Source: Bilabrum cf. latius (lineage: Eukaryota). From it: a stretch of DNA of 64,000 bases. Shown piece by piece: positions 1 through 13,874 of this stretch. The translations under genes were made by a program, and so were the position numbers. Numbering within the stretch: the first letter of the stretch is position 1; each line of letters opens with the position of its first letter. The stretch spans positions 682,001-746,000 of the forward strand of contig OZ237750.1 of assembly GCA_965178125.1 (NCBI GenBank), written 5' to 3'. Under the pieces are notes generated by a model. That model searched no databases. It saw only the letters and a program-made list of their open reading frames with translations, and was not told the DNA's origin.

Positions 1-2
1 GT

Positions 3-353
3 GTCGGCAGTCCTGCCGATGTGACAAGGTAGCAAGCGGGTCGGTCCGGGTCTGTGGAGGATGGACCATCTTCGTCGTACCTATATATGCCTAACTCGAT
101 CGATGGTATAGACTTTGCAGAATAGCCCGCCGCCCCTCTCCCTAGGGACAGCGCCGTGAAGACAACTAGGTCTGAAGCGCCGCCACGAGCAGCAGCTGGC
201 GGGTCGGGTGCATCAGCTCAAGCCAGCCATGGGCTCACCTTCAGAGACTTGGCCGATCGGGGCTCCGATGGATACGTCGGCAGTCCGTACATGCGTAACC
301 TGTACACATCTGCGATCGAAGGGGCGGGAGACGAGATGGACCCGCCGCCTTGA
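3..353 (+). CDS. 3' end of a hypothetical protein (5'-truncated by window edge)
   Basis: Frame is open from position 3 to TGA at 351-353 if TAG at 30 and 123 are read through. No recognisable domain. Confidence 0.5.
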
Positions 354-652
354 GGCTCGGTGATGAGAGTCAAGGGATGTGATCGAATAGAATAGTATAT
401 TCAGTTTGGCGAATTTCGCTTTAGAGGCACAGTCGGGCCCAAAGGCAGGTGAGCGCGTCACACAAGAAAATCACCCAGTCTCCGCCCCCCTCTCCCGAAC
501 ACAGAAAGGGTATGCGCGTCATCGCAAGCAATCCGTAGGCTCGGTCGCACCTTCCCGGTTGCGACCGCCAGCGGAACCGAACCCCGTACGGCGTTGGGGT
601 TAATAAGGTGTAGCCTCAGCCGCCAGTCGTCCGCACCGTCTTTATCGGGGCC

Positions 653-3325
653 TCATTCGCTGTCATCCCGATCTGAGGACTCACCAGAGCTCTCACTCGA
701 TTCCTGTAAAGCTGCTCGAGTGCGTCGCAGCCTGCCACCTCGAGCAGTCCCGCCCTCCAATGCAGCCGCAGCCTCTCGCTCTGCCGCCAGTCCCAGACCA
801 TCCTCAAGAACCTGCACTGCCACTCGCGCGGCCTCCACGGCCTGCTGATCCTCGGCTCCCACCATTTCCTACCAGCCCAATACCACAGCCACTGCCCGGC
901 CTCCGATGTCCTCGGCATCGTGGTGTGGGAGAGCGGCGAGAGCGTACAGGCCCGCGCATCGGCCAGCAAACGCTGGTCCTTCCATCAGTGTGAGAGTTCC
1001 TTGTGCACCGCCAGGTGCACCAGGTACTGTTCTGTTTGGCTCAGTAACACGATTGCCGTAATCGTGGTCAACGGAAGGTCCCCGGTCCCGTGCCGAGGCA
1101 GTCGCAATGGCGGCAGCAGCTGCACCTGTGGCAGGCAACTCATCTAACGTGCTAGTTGCACCTGTGATCGGCGCAGCATTGCTGCCTTTACTACGCCCCT
1201 GCATGCCGTCGTTTTTATGCACGCGCAACTGTCCCAGCAGGACGCCTTTCATGAGTGACTGTGAACCGTCCGCTTCGGCAACCCGCAGCAGTGCGTCGCC
1301 ATCCGGACCCCAGCGAGCTGTAGCGCTGGCCTGACGCCTGCCTGCAATCGAATCACCCACCAGGTCCGTGCCAGTACTACCACTACCACTACCACTGCTG
1401 CTGAGCGCGGCAGGCTCCGCCGCGCCCATCAGCAGATCGCATCGCACAGCGGATGACGAAGGTCGCAAAAGCCACGGCACGTGCCTCGTTCGCAGCCACG
1501 AAAAGTGACCGAACGCCCACTGCAGGGGAGCATCCAAGGCAGCTTGCAGAGGAACTGCGACCAGCATGGATCCCGCGCAGGTCGCAGCCCACATGGTAAG
1601 CATGTGAAGCGATTGGAGCTGGAAGCTACCTGTGTCCGGCCTGGGAAGCATTCCCTGGTCGTCCTGCTCTGGCATGAGCACTCCCGGCGTTGCGGGCCAG
1701 GGGGGACCCATAAGCTGCAACATTAAGCAAGCTACGAGCGGTGAAGCTATGCAAGCAGCCTGTGAGTGCCTGGCCAGGGCTCGCAGGGTCCCATCGACGG
1801 ACAGGCCATTGCCCGCATCTGTAATATCCTTCCTCCCTGCAGCAGCACCCGCGCCAGTAGCAAATTCCACCCTTGATGAGCAGCCAAAGAGCGTCATGGC
1901 TCTGTGAAATCCCCAACTCCACGCATCGAGTCGCGATAAGTGCGACAGCCGCAAGCCCCTTACCCACTCGGCGCCGCCCACCACCACCCACGCATGCAGC
2001 AGCGCAGCACACGCAGCTACCAATAAAGGCCGCTGCATGGCAATCACCAATCCCATCCAGTAGAATCGCATGCCGCGCTACCTGTCCGCTCCGGTGCCGG
2101 GCGAAGGCGCCAGCATCCCGAGCTCGTGCCAATCCGCCTGCACCAGCAGCACCAAGCAGGGCAAGGCCGCTGCAGCTGCAATGCGACCGAGGACTCCGAG
2201 CCGCACGCCACGAGTGCTCGTGCCTCGGCTCAGGGCGGCCAGACCACCCGCCGCAGCACCGAGGAATGGAGCCCCCCAGGCAGACACGGGCTGCAGTGTG
2301 AACCGAGACAGGACCGGGTTGTCCCCGGCTGCGGCTGCTCGCACGCTCAGCAGCGGCCTGCCTATCGGCAGCGGCCCGGGCAAGAAGACGAGCCTCGCAA
2401 TTGGCCACGCAGCCGCAAGGCAGCAGAATGCCGCGATCACCGCCCACTTTGCTCCGGTACGGCCGCGCCCCACATGGCACGGGGCCATGCGACGATCCCC
2501 GAGCACCTGCTCCGCGCTCGCCTCTCGTTCGTGCGGGACACCAGACCCTGAAGTGCCTCTTCCATCCATACCGCCAGCTGCTGACCCGTCAAGATCTTGC
2601 GCGGGCACGTGCGCGGGCACTACGGCCAAGGGGCCGCAACCCATGCGCCGGAGGCCAGCCCTGCACTGCCGCCCCACGCCAAGCCTCGAGCCAGCCCAGA
2701 TGCATGCGTCGCGCGAGAGCTCGTACAGTGCAGCAGTAGCATCGACAGTTACGGCTCCAAAACGGGCCGTAGCTGCCGCGACGAGCACAAGTGCCGACAC
2801 GCTGAGCAGGCTTGTCCCGGCGAACGCAGCCCACGGGGCGCACTGCCGCTGTACTGGCTTCCACAAGAAACCAAGGGTCAACAGGTCGGTAGCGGCAGCT
2901 AGGGTGGAGCAATTGAGAGGCTACAATTCGCTGCCTTGCGCGAGGACAGGAAACAGGACCGCTGCAAAAGCCCACGCCGCAAGCAGCGCGGGGCCTCTCT
3001 GGAGGAGTTGCCTCGCAAGGACCTTGCCGATCTCTGCCACGCCAACAAGTTCGATGGAAGCCTACTCAGACAAAAGTTTTAATCCGAACATGAAGCTAAG
3101 CAGTGCGACCGACGCATCGCCAGCTAGGTGGCCGGTGCAAAACCACCCGAGCGGCGCATCCACCTGTGACCTGTGCTGCCAAACCAGCGCAGGCGTTTGC
3201 CATCTCAACCAATCCGCTGCAACTACCGAGCAAACACATGCCACCCACCAAAGAAATACCAGGCAAACTGCTGCATCGATACCTGGATCTGCTCGATGAT
3301 TCCGTGGCGTTGGATTTAAATGCAT
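653..3325 (-). CDS. Uncharacterised multipass membrane protein (~890 aa)
   Basis: ORFs 3062-3352, 2078-2881, 869-2071 and 653-865 share one frame. They are separated only by TAG (3062, 2921, 2078, 869). ATG at 3323-3325, TGA at 653-655. Many hydrophobic segments and an acidic Ser-rich tail. Confidence 0.7.
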
Positions 3326-3397
3326 CCCCTGCTTCTCAAAGACCGGTATCAAGGGAGCACGGGCACAGCGAGCCAGTATTGATGAATCAGAATCGCA

Positions 3398-3934
3398 TCA
3401 TGCATAAAAAGGCTGTGAATGTGCAATTTTTTTTGAAAAAACTGTGTGCAACACAATCGCGAAGAAGAAGATCCGAATCGAACCTGGAATCCTGGATCGG
3501 TGGTGCGCACTCCGGATCATCAGCGATCCAGCCCGTTGTGGCAGCCCACAACCACGCGCAATGCAGCCCCACTCTTCATCCTCCGGTACCTTCCCATAGT
3601 CTTCATGGCCCCGTCGTCTTGCCGCCTCGCGAGCAGCCACGATGTTGAGCTCGTCCTCCTCAAGCCACCCTCGGGTCGCTCTCTCGCCAACCAGGCGACC
3701 CAACTTTAGCCGCTTACCCAGCTCCATGAGCCTCCCTCTCCTGTCTCTCCCGGCCTTGAACGCCATCACCGCGTCACTCTTCACCTCCACCGCTCGGTCG
3801 TGACCAAGACTTGGCGCCGAACAGAACCGTCCCACCTGCACATCAGCAACAGTTATGGTGAGCCGAATCGGCAAGTATCTGTCCGTTCCATCACCCTGGA
3901 TAGGCTCTAGCATTACAGAATTTGAAACGTGCAC
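3398..3934 (-). CDS. Possible coding exon(s) of unknown gene, or extra 3' exons of the FIG4-like gene
   Basis: Protein-like ORF ending in TGA, with an intron-like GTAAG/GTAGG...TAG segment at about 3908-3986. I could not resolve the exon structure. Confidence 0.3.
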   Translation of the reverse strand: MHVSNSVMLEPIQGDGTDRYLPIRLTITVADVQVGRFCSAPSLGHDRAVEVKSDAVMAFKAGRDRRGRLMELGKRLKLGRLVGERATRGWLEEDELNIVAAREAARRRGHEDYGKVPEDEEWGCIARGCGLPQRAGSLMIRSAHHRSRIPGSIRIFFFAIVLHTVFSKKIAHSQPFYA

Positions 3935-4220
3935 ACGTCGACTCGGAGCAGCCCGCGCCGCAGGTACAGCCCAAGACCTACCTTACCACCGCTCCGTTGG
4001 CTTCAATCTCAGTCTCCCGTCGATGGAAACATCCCCGATGAAAGTGCTAGGTATCATCACATCTGAAGCTAGCAACCGATTGAGTCCGAACTCTGAGGAA
4101 GATGCCAGAACTGCCACACGACAACAAACAACTGGCTGCACCAGTACTGCAGGTCCTGCAGCAGCTCATTCAAGCTGGCCTCGCATATCGGCCAAATCGG
4201 ATCATCCCTCGGCTCTAAAG

Positions 4221-7200
4221 TCAGGCAACCAGCCTGGAGCTCGACTCTATCTGGGCCTGAAACGCCCTGGCCCTCTCTGCTGCCCGCTACCGCACCGTCA
4301 CTTCAAGAAGGTCAGCGACTAGAGTGTCTCTGTCGTGCCCGCGGAAGCTGCCGGCGGCCTGCACACCGACCAGCCCACTGTTGGCTTGCCACGCGTGAAG
4401 AGAAGCAGACCTCGCCCCACCCGCAAAGGACGGCGTGTTGCTGGACTCAACGTACTGGCCGAATTCCTGCGACTGCGTGCCGGTCACCTCGGGCTGCAAC
4501 CGGGTGGGCAGTGTCCTGCACCTGAGCCAGCCGTGGACGTCCCTCCTTCTCCTGCCTGCCCCCGATCGCCCGTGCGCCTGCTTCCACTGGCCGCCCGTGC
4601 CACCCTCGCGGGCCCCGCCACTGGCTGGGTGCTGCACTGCCAGTGCCTGGGCCGCGCAGTACGCGACGTAGACCTCCGGCACTCCCCTAAGCTGACCGGC
4701 GCTCACCCTCCCGTCCGCACCGCCAGAGTCAGCACCGGATTCATTTTCGGGCCCGTGCCCGTGTGATAGGCCAGGTGTCTCCCTGCCTGGCCCAAGGGTA
4801 TGCGCGTCATCGTGCGAGACGATGTTCCAGCCAACTAAACTGTCGCCCATCGCGCCACCGCCTTGGAGCGCTGCTCCGCCCGCTCCCACATCACCTCTGG
4901 ACAACCCAGGCTCCTAAACAAGGCTGCCGCTCGACGCATCCGAGTCCTGCTCGACATCGTCGTCCAGCCTGGAAGAGGCCGCGCTCGAACCTGTCGACCT
5001 CGCCCGCAGCCGACGGCTCCACCGGATCCCGTCCTTGCGGATGCCTTTGAGCTCCAGCTTGGACCGATCCCGAGCCTCCACGAACCGAGACTGCAGAGAA
5101 CGGCGCTGCGAGCGGGGCATCGACTTGTCACCAGCCGCATCCAGAAGCTGGTGCAAAGCCAGCGAGGGGAGGAGTGTGGCCACCAAGACGCTCTCTCTGC
5201 GCGTGAGGCCGCTCCTCCTCTCCACTGCATCCAGGAGGGCCTGGCCAGTGGTTGACGAGGCACCGCCCACGAGCACCCACCCTTCCTGCATCTCCTCCGG
5301 AGTAAGCTCGTGACCATTCACCGCCTCCCGCACGCCGTGGGTAGGGTGCCAGAGGCAGGCCCGTGGATTGTTCATCAGCCAAGCAGGTGGCACCGCAGCA
5401 GATGCCCTCGCTGGCACAACGAGCACTCGGCGGGATGGCTGTGCCTGTGCACCGGCCAGCCCTTGCTGCTGGTCGTGCTCAGTCGCACCAGATTCGGACT
5501 TGCCACCTTGCGGCAGCCTGCGGGCCTTTCCCGCCGATGCACCTGCTCGTTGCCCAGCCTTTCCAGCGCTACTGCGACGCCGAGGACTTGCAATTCCTTT
5601 GGCAGCAAACTGCTTCAATGCCTTTGACCAGTGCACTGGCTTTGACAGCGGGTCGATGGGGGGCGGTGCGATTCGCCTTGGGATGTGCACAATGTCCACG
5701 GGTGCAACGAACGGCTAGGTCATTGCCACCGTATCAAAGGCAGTCCTCGCTGACCGCAGCACCACAGGCACCCAGGTTCCGGGAGCGACGGCACCTTCGG
5801 ACACAACGGCACCGCCAGACTGTAGCAGCAGCCCGCGCATCGCAGCCGAGGCCCACGTGAAAGACCAGGGCTACAGCATGGCATCATCACGAGTCGGAAT
5901 CGACGCACAATCGATTTCTTGCAGGCGCAGGGACCGCTCATAGAATGCCTTCACAGGCTCAGACCAGAAGTTCCCCAGGCCGGTGGGTGGCACCCATTGA
6001 GTGGGAATGAGTCGATCGAAGCGAGAGGTGGACTCGGCATCCCCTTGGCGGACACGCCTGCCGCTGCGCGTCAAAGTAGTCGCAAACTCAAGCAGCGCGC
6101 TCCCAAGGGTCCTCTCCCCGGCAGCACGGCTAGCCTGCCCGCCAGACTCGCCGTGATGGGGACTTGCCAGCAAGAGCTCGGCACCAAGCAGCGAGCTGTC
6201 GTTGTTGTGCAAGACCCGGTCCGACGATAGCTCCCACAGGTGCTTGGCACCATTGCCGGGCCGGTACTTCCCAAGGAACACGTTGATGCTGTCTTGCTTG
6301 AAGGCGTCTGTGAACGAGTTGCTGTAGTAGCGCTGGATGGAGGTCAGCACGGAGATCCTGGAGCGAGAGCCCAGCGCCAGCTCCTCTTCTGCACTTGTGG
6401 CCGCCGCCGCAGAATTGCTGTCCTCCTGAATCTGCCGGGCAGTTGTGCTCTCCACCAATTCAAGGGATTCTTTGGCCCCGCTGGAGACCCTGCCTGCCTT
6501 CAGACCCAGCCTATCCCGCCGGGAGATCTTGTGGTGGGCCTCGGATCCACCGTACTGCAGTGCGATTCGATCGCCCATTTCTTCGTACATGATCGCAAGG
6601 TTGAGCGCAACCTCGGTTTGCTGCAGCCGCTCTGCCCACAGTCCCTTTCTGAGCCTGGTTTGCTCTTCGCTTAGATACCCGTCCACCGACCTTGCGGCGG
6701 GGGCGCTGCCTTGCTCAGGAACGGTCGGCCGCTTGCGCTGCGTGCTGCTTGGCCCATAGTCGAGCGCCTTCAGCATCACGGAGAGGGCGTACATGCCCAG
6801 CTGCTCCTGTCCGCTGTTGGTCCTATCCAGGCAGTCCACGCAGTTTGTTCGAGTGACGCCGCACTGCCGCAGCCCCCACCACCGCTGGTATGCACCAGTG
6901 GTTGATGCCGCCGCGGCCGCAGCATCTCTAGCCATGCTATCATTCATCGCGTAGCCATCTGTTCCTGGCGCTGTCGGCTCGCCGGGCCACTCCGCAGCCA
7001 CAGAGAGCTCAACTGCTTTGGTCGTGGGACGGACCTCGAAGCCCCTCAGCTTGTTTGCGACATTCTGCACGACCCTCGAGTCCATCCGGCGGATGGCTTC
7101 AAGATGCAGCAGCCTATGCCTCTGGAGATATCCGGCTGCTGGAGGCGCGTAGACAGGCCGAGGGATCCACGGGACCCTTGCCCTGCCGACTAGATCCACG

Positions 7201-10200
7201 AACAGGTATCCAGGGAGCACCTCTTTCCGAATAAGCTGGCTGATTTCCGCCTAGCGTACCACCACTGAGCTGCAAGAGGCCCCCGCAGTCTCCCACGCTT
7301 GCATGCGATCTGCGAAGACTCTCTGAGCCCTGGCGCTCGGCACGACCATGGCGCGCCCCTGCTCCTCGGCACCCATCGCTGCAGTGGCGTCGAACCCAGC
7401 TTCTGCATCGCGCAGACCCGTGGCGATCACGTACTTGCCTTCTGCTGCGATCGCATGGGCCGATTCCGGTCGAATAATCGAAGCGTGCCTCTTCTTGGAT
7501 ACCTGCCTGTGCCGGAACTGCGACCGGGCCGACTCTTCCATGGCGCGAGCTGCAAAGTCCTTGGGCATCAGGGCCTTCAGCGGGCGAGAGCTGTTCCCTT
7601 CGATAGAAGGTTCGGCCTCCTGGCTGATGTTTGATGGCAAGCGCTGTACGACAAGCGCGCTTGCACCTTCGGAGACACCCGGCGAGGAAGACTCGGACCG
7701 GGCGCTGTCCGCAGACGGCAGCATGAGAGAGCCTTGCGCCGCCAGCTTGGTGTCTGATACGGGCGAGGTCGAGCGTGAGGACAGCTTCATGGCAGAGGCA
7801 TCGAACGCAAACTCATGCGGACCTCTTGATCCCGCGCCGTGGTGCAAAGAGTCTGGCGTGTCAGTGTCGCCCCTGTCACGTGGAGTCGTGGATCTTCCTT
7901 CGCGGGGAGGCACCTCGCCCTCGCCATCCGCAGACTGCCCAAGCAGCATCCGCAGTGCGGCCGACGACGACAGCTGTTGCTTCCGAATGCCTCTCATCGA
8001 TGATTTGTGCCTGCCGGATCCATGCGATCGTCGTCCGTTCGACAGATGCGCCGGAGAAGGGATGGGCTGGAACGGCGACGCCTACCCTCCTGCTCGATCG
8101 AGTTGCCCAAGATGCAGCTGAGGCACCTTACGTCGCATCGGACTCACAGAGCGCACGGCAGCGGCAACTTGCCCGTGCTCAAAAGCAGGCGGCAGGCGAG
8201 GTGCAAACTTGTCGTCCCAGTCCACCAGACGCAGGCCCTCGGGGCGGGGGTTCTTGAGCGACGACGCGTGGGCGGCATCGATCGCTGCTTGACGGGCTGC
8301 TCTCACTGCGGTACGAGCCCCCCGGCTAGAGTTGGCTCCAAATCGCACGCTACCGCCTCGCTAACGCCTCTTCGTGTCGTATGCCTGCAGCCTGCCGCCG
8401 CCATACAGCATGGCCGAGCCACCGTGAGCCGGGTCAAGAGGCCCCTGCGATCCACTGGTGCCGGCACCGCATCGCTGCCACGCCACAGAGGGTGCGGCTA
8501 GTGCGCCACCAAAGTGCCCCCTGCTGCCAGTTGCCGAGCTTCCCGAGCGAGCTCGTGCTGCCGAGCTGGACGGAACGACCATTGGGTTCTCGTCAAGGTG
8601 CCTCGCGAACACCTGCGTCTCTGGAGTCTTGTCGTCTCGCTCAAGAATCAAGGACAGGTTCTGGCGCCAGTTATGGGCCAGTGGATTCAGCTCCCGCTGC
8701 TTCTGTCCGGTGACCCTAGACTCTGAAGGCAGCGTAGCTGGGTCGGTCTGGTGAGGAGCGGCATCTGGCGGGAAGCCTAGCGCCATGGCGAGCTGCGATC
8801 CAGAAGGTGGCTGAGACTTTCGCTGCTGCCTCCGACTGCCATGCAAGCAGTTGAGGGGGGACAGTCCTGGAATGGGTCCTTCCCTCGATGCAGCACGAGA
8901 CACTGCTTCCCCCCAACGCTCGAGGCGAGAGCTGGCCACACCCACCTCGGTGCTGTTTGAAGCCGATGCTGCTGCGCTAGCACTGTCGCCGCCTGCGCCA
9001 CCGTCATTGGGCTGGTCAGCTCCTTCCCTCGGCAGTCGGACCGGCATCTTTCCCTGCTTCGCGACAAAGCATCCAGTGTTGACCAGGCTCCAGCGAGCTG
9101 CGTCATGCAGCGCATCCACGACGTTTCCGCCTTCCGACTTCTGCAACCGATCGAAGTCCAGGGCAGCAAACTGCACCCGAAAGGCGGCCGGCAGGGATGC
9201 ATTCAGCTCGCGCACAACCGTTGCAAACTTGGACCCGATGCGTACCTCTCGCGGAGACGACTCCTTCTTCTTGAGCAGGTTCAAGACGCACACAGGGGCG
9301 CCGTACCGCTCCATGAGGTGAGCGAAGTGGCGCCTGGTCGCTACGATGTCGGAGGGTCCGCTGTCTAGCTCAATCTTCGGCTTCGCGGTCGCAAATGATG
9401 TTTTTTGCGACCAGGAGACGGGCACGGACCCGCGGACTTGAACGAACGAAGCCATCTGGCCCGCGCCGTCCTCGAGGATCTGCTCCACCTCCACGTCGTT
9501 CGCAACGAAACCGAAGGAGGAAATGCCGCGCTTGAGGTACCTAGTCCCGGCGAATTCAGTCAATCGTCTGCCCAGCAGGGTGAGCCTCGCCAGCTTGCCC
9601 ATGACTCGAAAGATCCTCTGGTCCAGGTATCCGTAAACCACAGGCGTGATCCATGAAGAATGCACAATCTGGCTCATCTCCTCAGCAAGGTAGGAATTCC
9701 ACATGTGTTCGGCCCTTGGGCGGCGTCGAAGCGGAGATGCAGTCGTGGGAGCGGAGGTGGCACGCTCTGGAGCTTCAGGCTCAGGTGTGGCAGCACACTG
9801 GCTGCCACTGGCTCGCGGCAGTTCGGTGCCACTTGGCGCGCTGCATGCCACCACGTGTTCACGATTTCCATGTCGTCGGAAGGTTTGGACGGTCTGCTCC
9901 TGCAGCGTGCGGGTGAGATCATACGTCGGCGAGAAATATGACTCGTTCTCGAGCTGCACCGCCTCGAAGAGCAGCCTGTACCGGTCCTCGGCCACAGCGC
10001 CGGGGTCCGGCTGGAACCACTCGGACATTCTCTGCAGCATTGGCTTTGCTGGCTCCACTGTGAGCGGCAGCATGGACACCTTGCTGATCGAATGCAGCTC
10101 GTGGGAGCCAATGGTACCTACAGTGACGCTTTCCTCCACGAAGACAATCGTGTAGGACTGAAGCAACTTGATGCACCCTAGGATGCACACCGCATTGGCC

Positions 10201-10985
10201 TTGAAAAGACCACCTGTCATTGCTGGCGAGCTTCTCGCGGACGACCCGCCCGATTTGCCACCAGATCCACCGCCGGAAGCGCCCTCCTTGCGTTCCTCGT
10301 CGCCACGTCCCGCCACGCCATACCTCCTCTCCATGTCTCGCATCAGGGCCTGGGCCCGGGAGTGCGACACGAGCGACCCGTCCTCCTCCAGGATCTTAGA
10401 CAGCCGCTCCGGCCGCTGCAGCGTGCGGTCCACGCGGATGATCCGGTAGTAAGGGTCGACAGAGTCGGGAGGGGACGGGCCCGGGCCACTGGAAGCTTGA
10501 GGCTTCTTCAGGGGCTCGTGGCTGTGGCTCTCAGCCGCGGATTTCGCGAGCGGCACAGCACGCCTAGCAGCAGCGTGCTGCCCCGGGTCTACGGATCGGG
10601 ATCTCGTTTCGCGGAACAGGCGCGCGTCTTCCAGCCTCTGTTTCTTCACGTCTGGGTCGCCCTGTGGACACTTCCCGATGAGGTACACTGTCTGCGACAT
10701 CATAAAGGTCCTCCAAACAACAGGCTGACGCATGCTATGGCACGAATAGTTTGGGATCATTTGCAAATGCATCTTCGTTCTCACCGTTGCAGATGCCATG
10801 ATGGTGATCTCAGTCATGCAGGCGAGACGTGCAGGAATGCTCGTGGCAGCGCATGCGAAATCGTCTCGAAGTCCAGATGAGCTTGCGGTTGATGCTGGAA
10901 GTCTTGCCGGGGGAATCGCCGATAAGTGACGCCAGGTAGCTTCGAGGTTCCTCCGTCGCCGACTCGAGCCGAAGTGGGAGGCCAT
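4221..10985 (-). CDS. FIG4: FIG4/Sac3-like polyphosphoinositide 5-phosphatase (SAC domain), ~2200 aa
   Basis: SAC motifs YFSPTYDLTRTLQ, FAGTRYLKRG, VANDVEVEQI, SFVQVRGSVP, catalytic RTNCVDCLDRTN, IALQYGGSEAH and SIQRYYSNSFTDAFKQDSINVFLG. Six ORF pieces lie in one frame, joined across TAG at 8361, 8082, 7251, 5871, 5715, 4914 and 4287. Probable in-frame 93-nt intron at 10692-10784. Both ends are uncertain. Confidence 0.88.
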
Positions 10986-11542
10986 TGCAGCCCTCGTGCC
11001 TCGGCTCCACAGGGCCTCCTGGAAAGAGAAGGTCGCAACACGGATCGCACGCAACCAATGTAACAGATTAATAGGGTCATCACACGAAAGAAAACGCCAC
11101 TACTTGTCCGGGCACTTGATGCGAATACACAGCATACCGAAAGCCTGCACTGGGACGGCTGAGGCTCCCTGCAGATGAGCATACACTATTGATCGAGGCG
11201 CAAACCCTACAGGAACGGGTGTTGAACTGCTGTACGCTTCCTACTCCGCACCGGGGGAGGCATACTCTAGAAGCCTCTGCGATTTAGGGTCCAATACGAA
11301 CCACCTCTCCTCGGTCCGGAACTAGGAAACCGCTGTCAGAAAACCAGCTGCACCGCGGAAATCCGCGGGACAGTCTCTAGCAGTGGGGGATTCCATCAGC
11401 TCATGCTAAATAAGTTCGGCATGTCTGGCGATAAGAGCGATTGAAACGCAGTTGCTGCACAGCTCCCAATTGTAGCGTGAGGTTTTGTCGGAATCGACGG
11501 CTCGCTTATTTGGGCTGCCAGTGCACTTGCTCGTGCTCTGTA

Positions 11543-13874
11543 ATGACTTTAGTTATTGTATACGGTGCATTATTATCCTATTCGCTGCTTTCGTTGACTG
11601 CAGCTGTGCAACGGTTGCCTTGGGCTTCTGACGGAGTTACCTCGAATTGTGAGCTCCCTATCCACGGCGCTTCTGCAAGCTCCTGTGCTCTTACGCGTTC
11701 AGCTTTCTATATGTACGGTTTCTTCGACAAAATTCACGCAGCAACTTGGCGAGGTGGTGTTCCAGCTCCATTCGGAGGCCGTGCCGCCTCCCACATAGTA
11801 TCATTTCGAGGACAGGCAGTTCTGATTGGCGGGGCGAACTCAACTGGAGCATTTGATGACGTTTGGGCGTCAGCCAACGGAAGGGAATGGAACAGGTTGT
11901 TGGCATCCGCTCCATTTGGTGCGCGCACCGGGCATTCAGTTTTTGTGGACGAAACAAACTCGCGCATCTACATTGCCGGCGGGCGACAGCACATCGCTGG
12001 GCCAGCTGGATCATACATTGAAATCCGCAATGACGTATGGTCAAGCGCAGATGGAGGTAAGAAATAATAAATGACTAGTACCGCATATGCAGCGCAACTG
12101 CCCGTGCTACTGCCGCCATGCGGAGCTCAGCCCAACATCTATCGCAGTGCATTGGCAAAATGTGTCGCTCTCTGCAACTTGGAGCCCTCGGTACGGTCAT
12201 TCGGCGTGCGAGTTGAATGGTAAGCTGTTCTTGATGGCTGGTCTGACACCAGCCGCAACCAATGAGATCTGGGTATCGCCCGACCACGGCCACACGTGGA
12301 CCAAGTCGGGCAGCGGCACGGCAGGCTGGGCGCCCAGGGCCTTCGCCTCCCTGGCTTCCTGGCAGGGATCCATGTATATCTTCGGAGGCACCAACCTGCA
12401 GGGTCCCATGAACGACTTCTACATGTCGGGGGACGGGATTTCGTGGAAGCAGCTGCAGAGGGGGCACGTCAGCCTCACCCCGAGGTCGCTCGCCCCCATG
12501 GTTCCCTTCGGGGGCCGCATGTGGCTGTTCCCTGGGATCGAGGGGCCGGAGGGCGGTATCTGGTGGACGACTCCGAGCGGTGAGACCTGGTCGGATGCGT
12601 CCTCTGGGATCGTCTTCGGCAATCTGCGGCAGTACGGCGTGGCTGCTCTGGGCGGCAGCCTGCTCGCCACGGGCGGGTACGAAATAGACTCCCAAGGGGT
12701 CGCGGTGTACGAGAGCAAAGTGTTCAACAGCACCATCAACCTCTTCTGCGAGACGGACGGCAGGGTGTGCGGATCCCACGGCTATTGCACGGGGTCGGCG
12801 CACGGCGAGTTCCACGCCACCCAGTGCCACTGCGAGAACAACTACAAAGAGTCCACCAACTGCACCGTAAAGGACTGCCAGGAATAGGTCAACTGCATCC
12901 ATGGAAAATGCGTGAATGACAAGCTCGTGGACCCGGCAGGGACTGGCCCTACAGGCGTGACGCCGTGGAATCCAGTGCACCATGGTGCGGCTGGTGAGTA
13001 CGCCAGAGCTCTTGCTGGACTGGCCCTGGCTGCCCCGACGCCCGCTCCTCCGCAGCACTGCGAGTGCGACAACGGATGGAAGGGATCTCGGTGCAACAAG
13101 GCCATATGCAGGGACAACTGCAAGCACGGGTCCTGCAAGAACGAGCCGTACGCGTGCATATGCAAGCCCAAGTGGCGAGGCAGGCTTTGTGACATTAGGG
13201 AGACGCCTTTCGAGCAGCTTGGGCACGACATCATGGAGAACGGCTCGATCGTGTTCGGAACTGCCACGACTTTGTTCTTTGGAGTCGCCGTGGCGCTGGC
13301 AGTGTACGAGAACTACTGGCTGAGGCGATCTTCGCTGGCTCGGATGGGTCCTAGGAGGCGGGGCAGGGCGAAGCGATCGCTGGGATACGACGCGCTTGGC
13401 GGCTCCATGAGGCTGCTCTCCACTGACAGTGGTGACGGAGACCATGGCGGGCCCGCGGGGGCGCTTGGACGGGAGGCCGATGCTGACGGCGTGTATCGAG
13501 GTGAGTTCGCGGGGTCTGGGGCTGGAGCACTGCTCACGAGGCCGCCGCAGGGTGTGGCGGGCGCGGGTGCGATGGATGCGCTGGAGCAGGAGCAGATGCA
13601 GGAGGATGTGGTTGCTGCCGATGGTAGGTTTGGGCTCCTGGATGGTGGGGGTGGCGGTGGCAGGGCAAGGGAGGGCTCGCTGGGTAGGCGGCTCGAGTTC
13701 GATGAGGGGCAGGAAGGCAGGGATGGGTATCCGTCTGATGAGGAAGATGTTCGGGGCGTTCCACCGGCCGGCCAGGAGGGCGCTGGGTACATTGACGGCG
13801 AAATGTCAGACGGTAGTTCCAGCGTGGACGACATGGGTGGCAGGGCAGACAACGGTGACGAGCAGTGGTGGTGA
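11543..13874 (+). CDS. Type I membrane protein: signal peptide, kelch-like beta-propeller, EGF-like domains, TM helix, acidic tail (746 aa)
   Basis: Exons 11543-12056 and 12148-13874. The GTAAG...GCAG intron restores NDVWSSADGVHW. Repeats of GG...NDVWxSxDGxxW, Cys-rich EGF motifs and TM IVFGTATTLFFGVAVALAVY. One TAG at 12885 lies within the EGF region. Ends at TGA. Confidence 0.85.

Noticed and set aside
506-524. 19-nt exact match (aagggtatgcgcgtcatcg) to 4794-4812, with nearby small hairpins at about 543-601
   Set aside because: No flanking similarity and no recognisable ncRNA motifs. Treated as probable coincidence.
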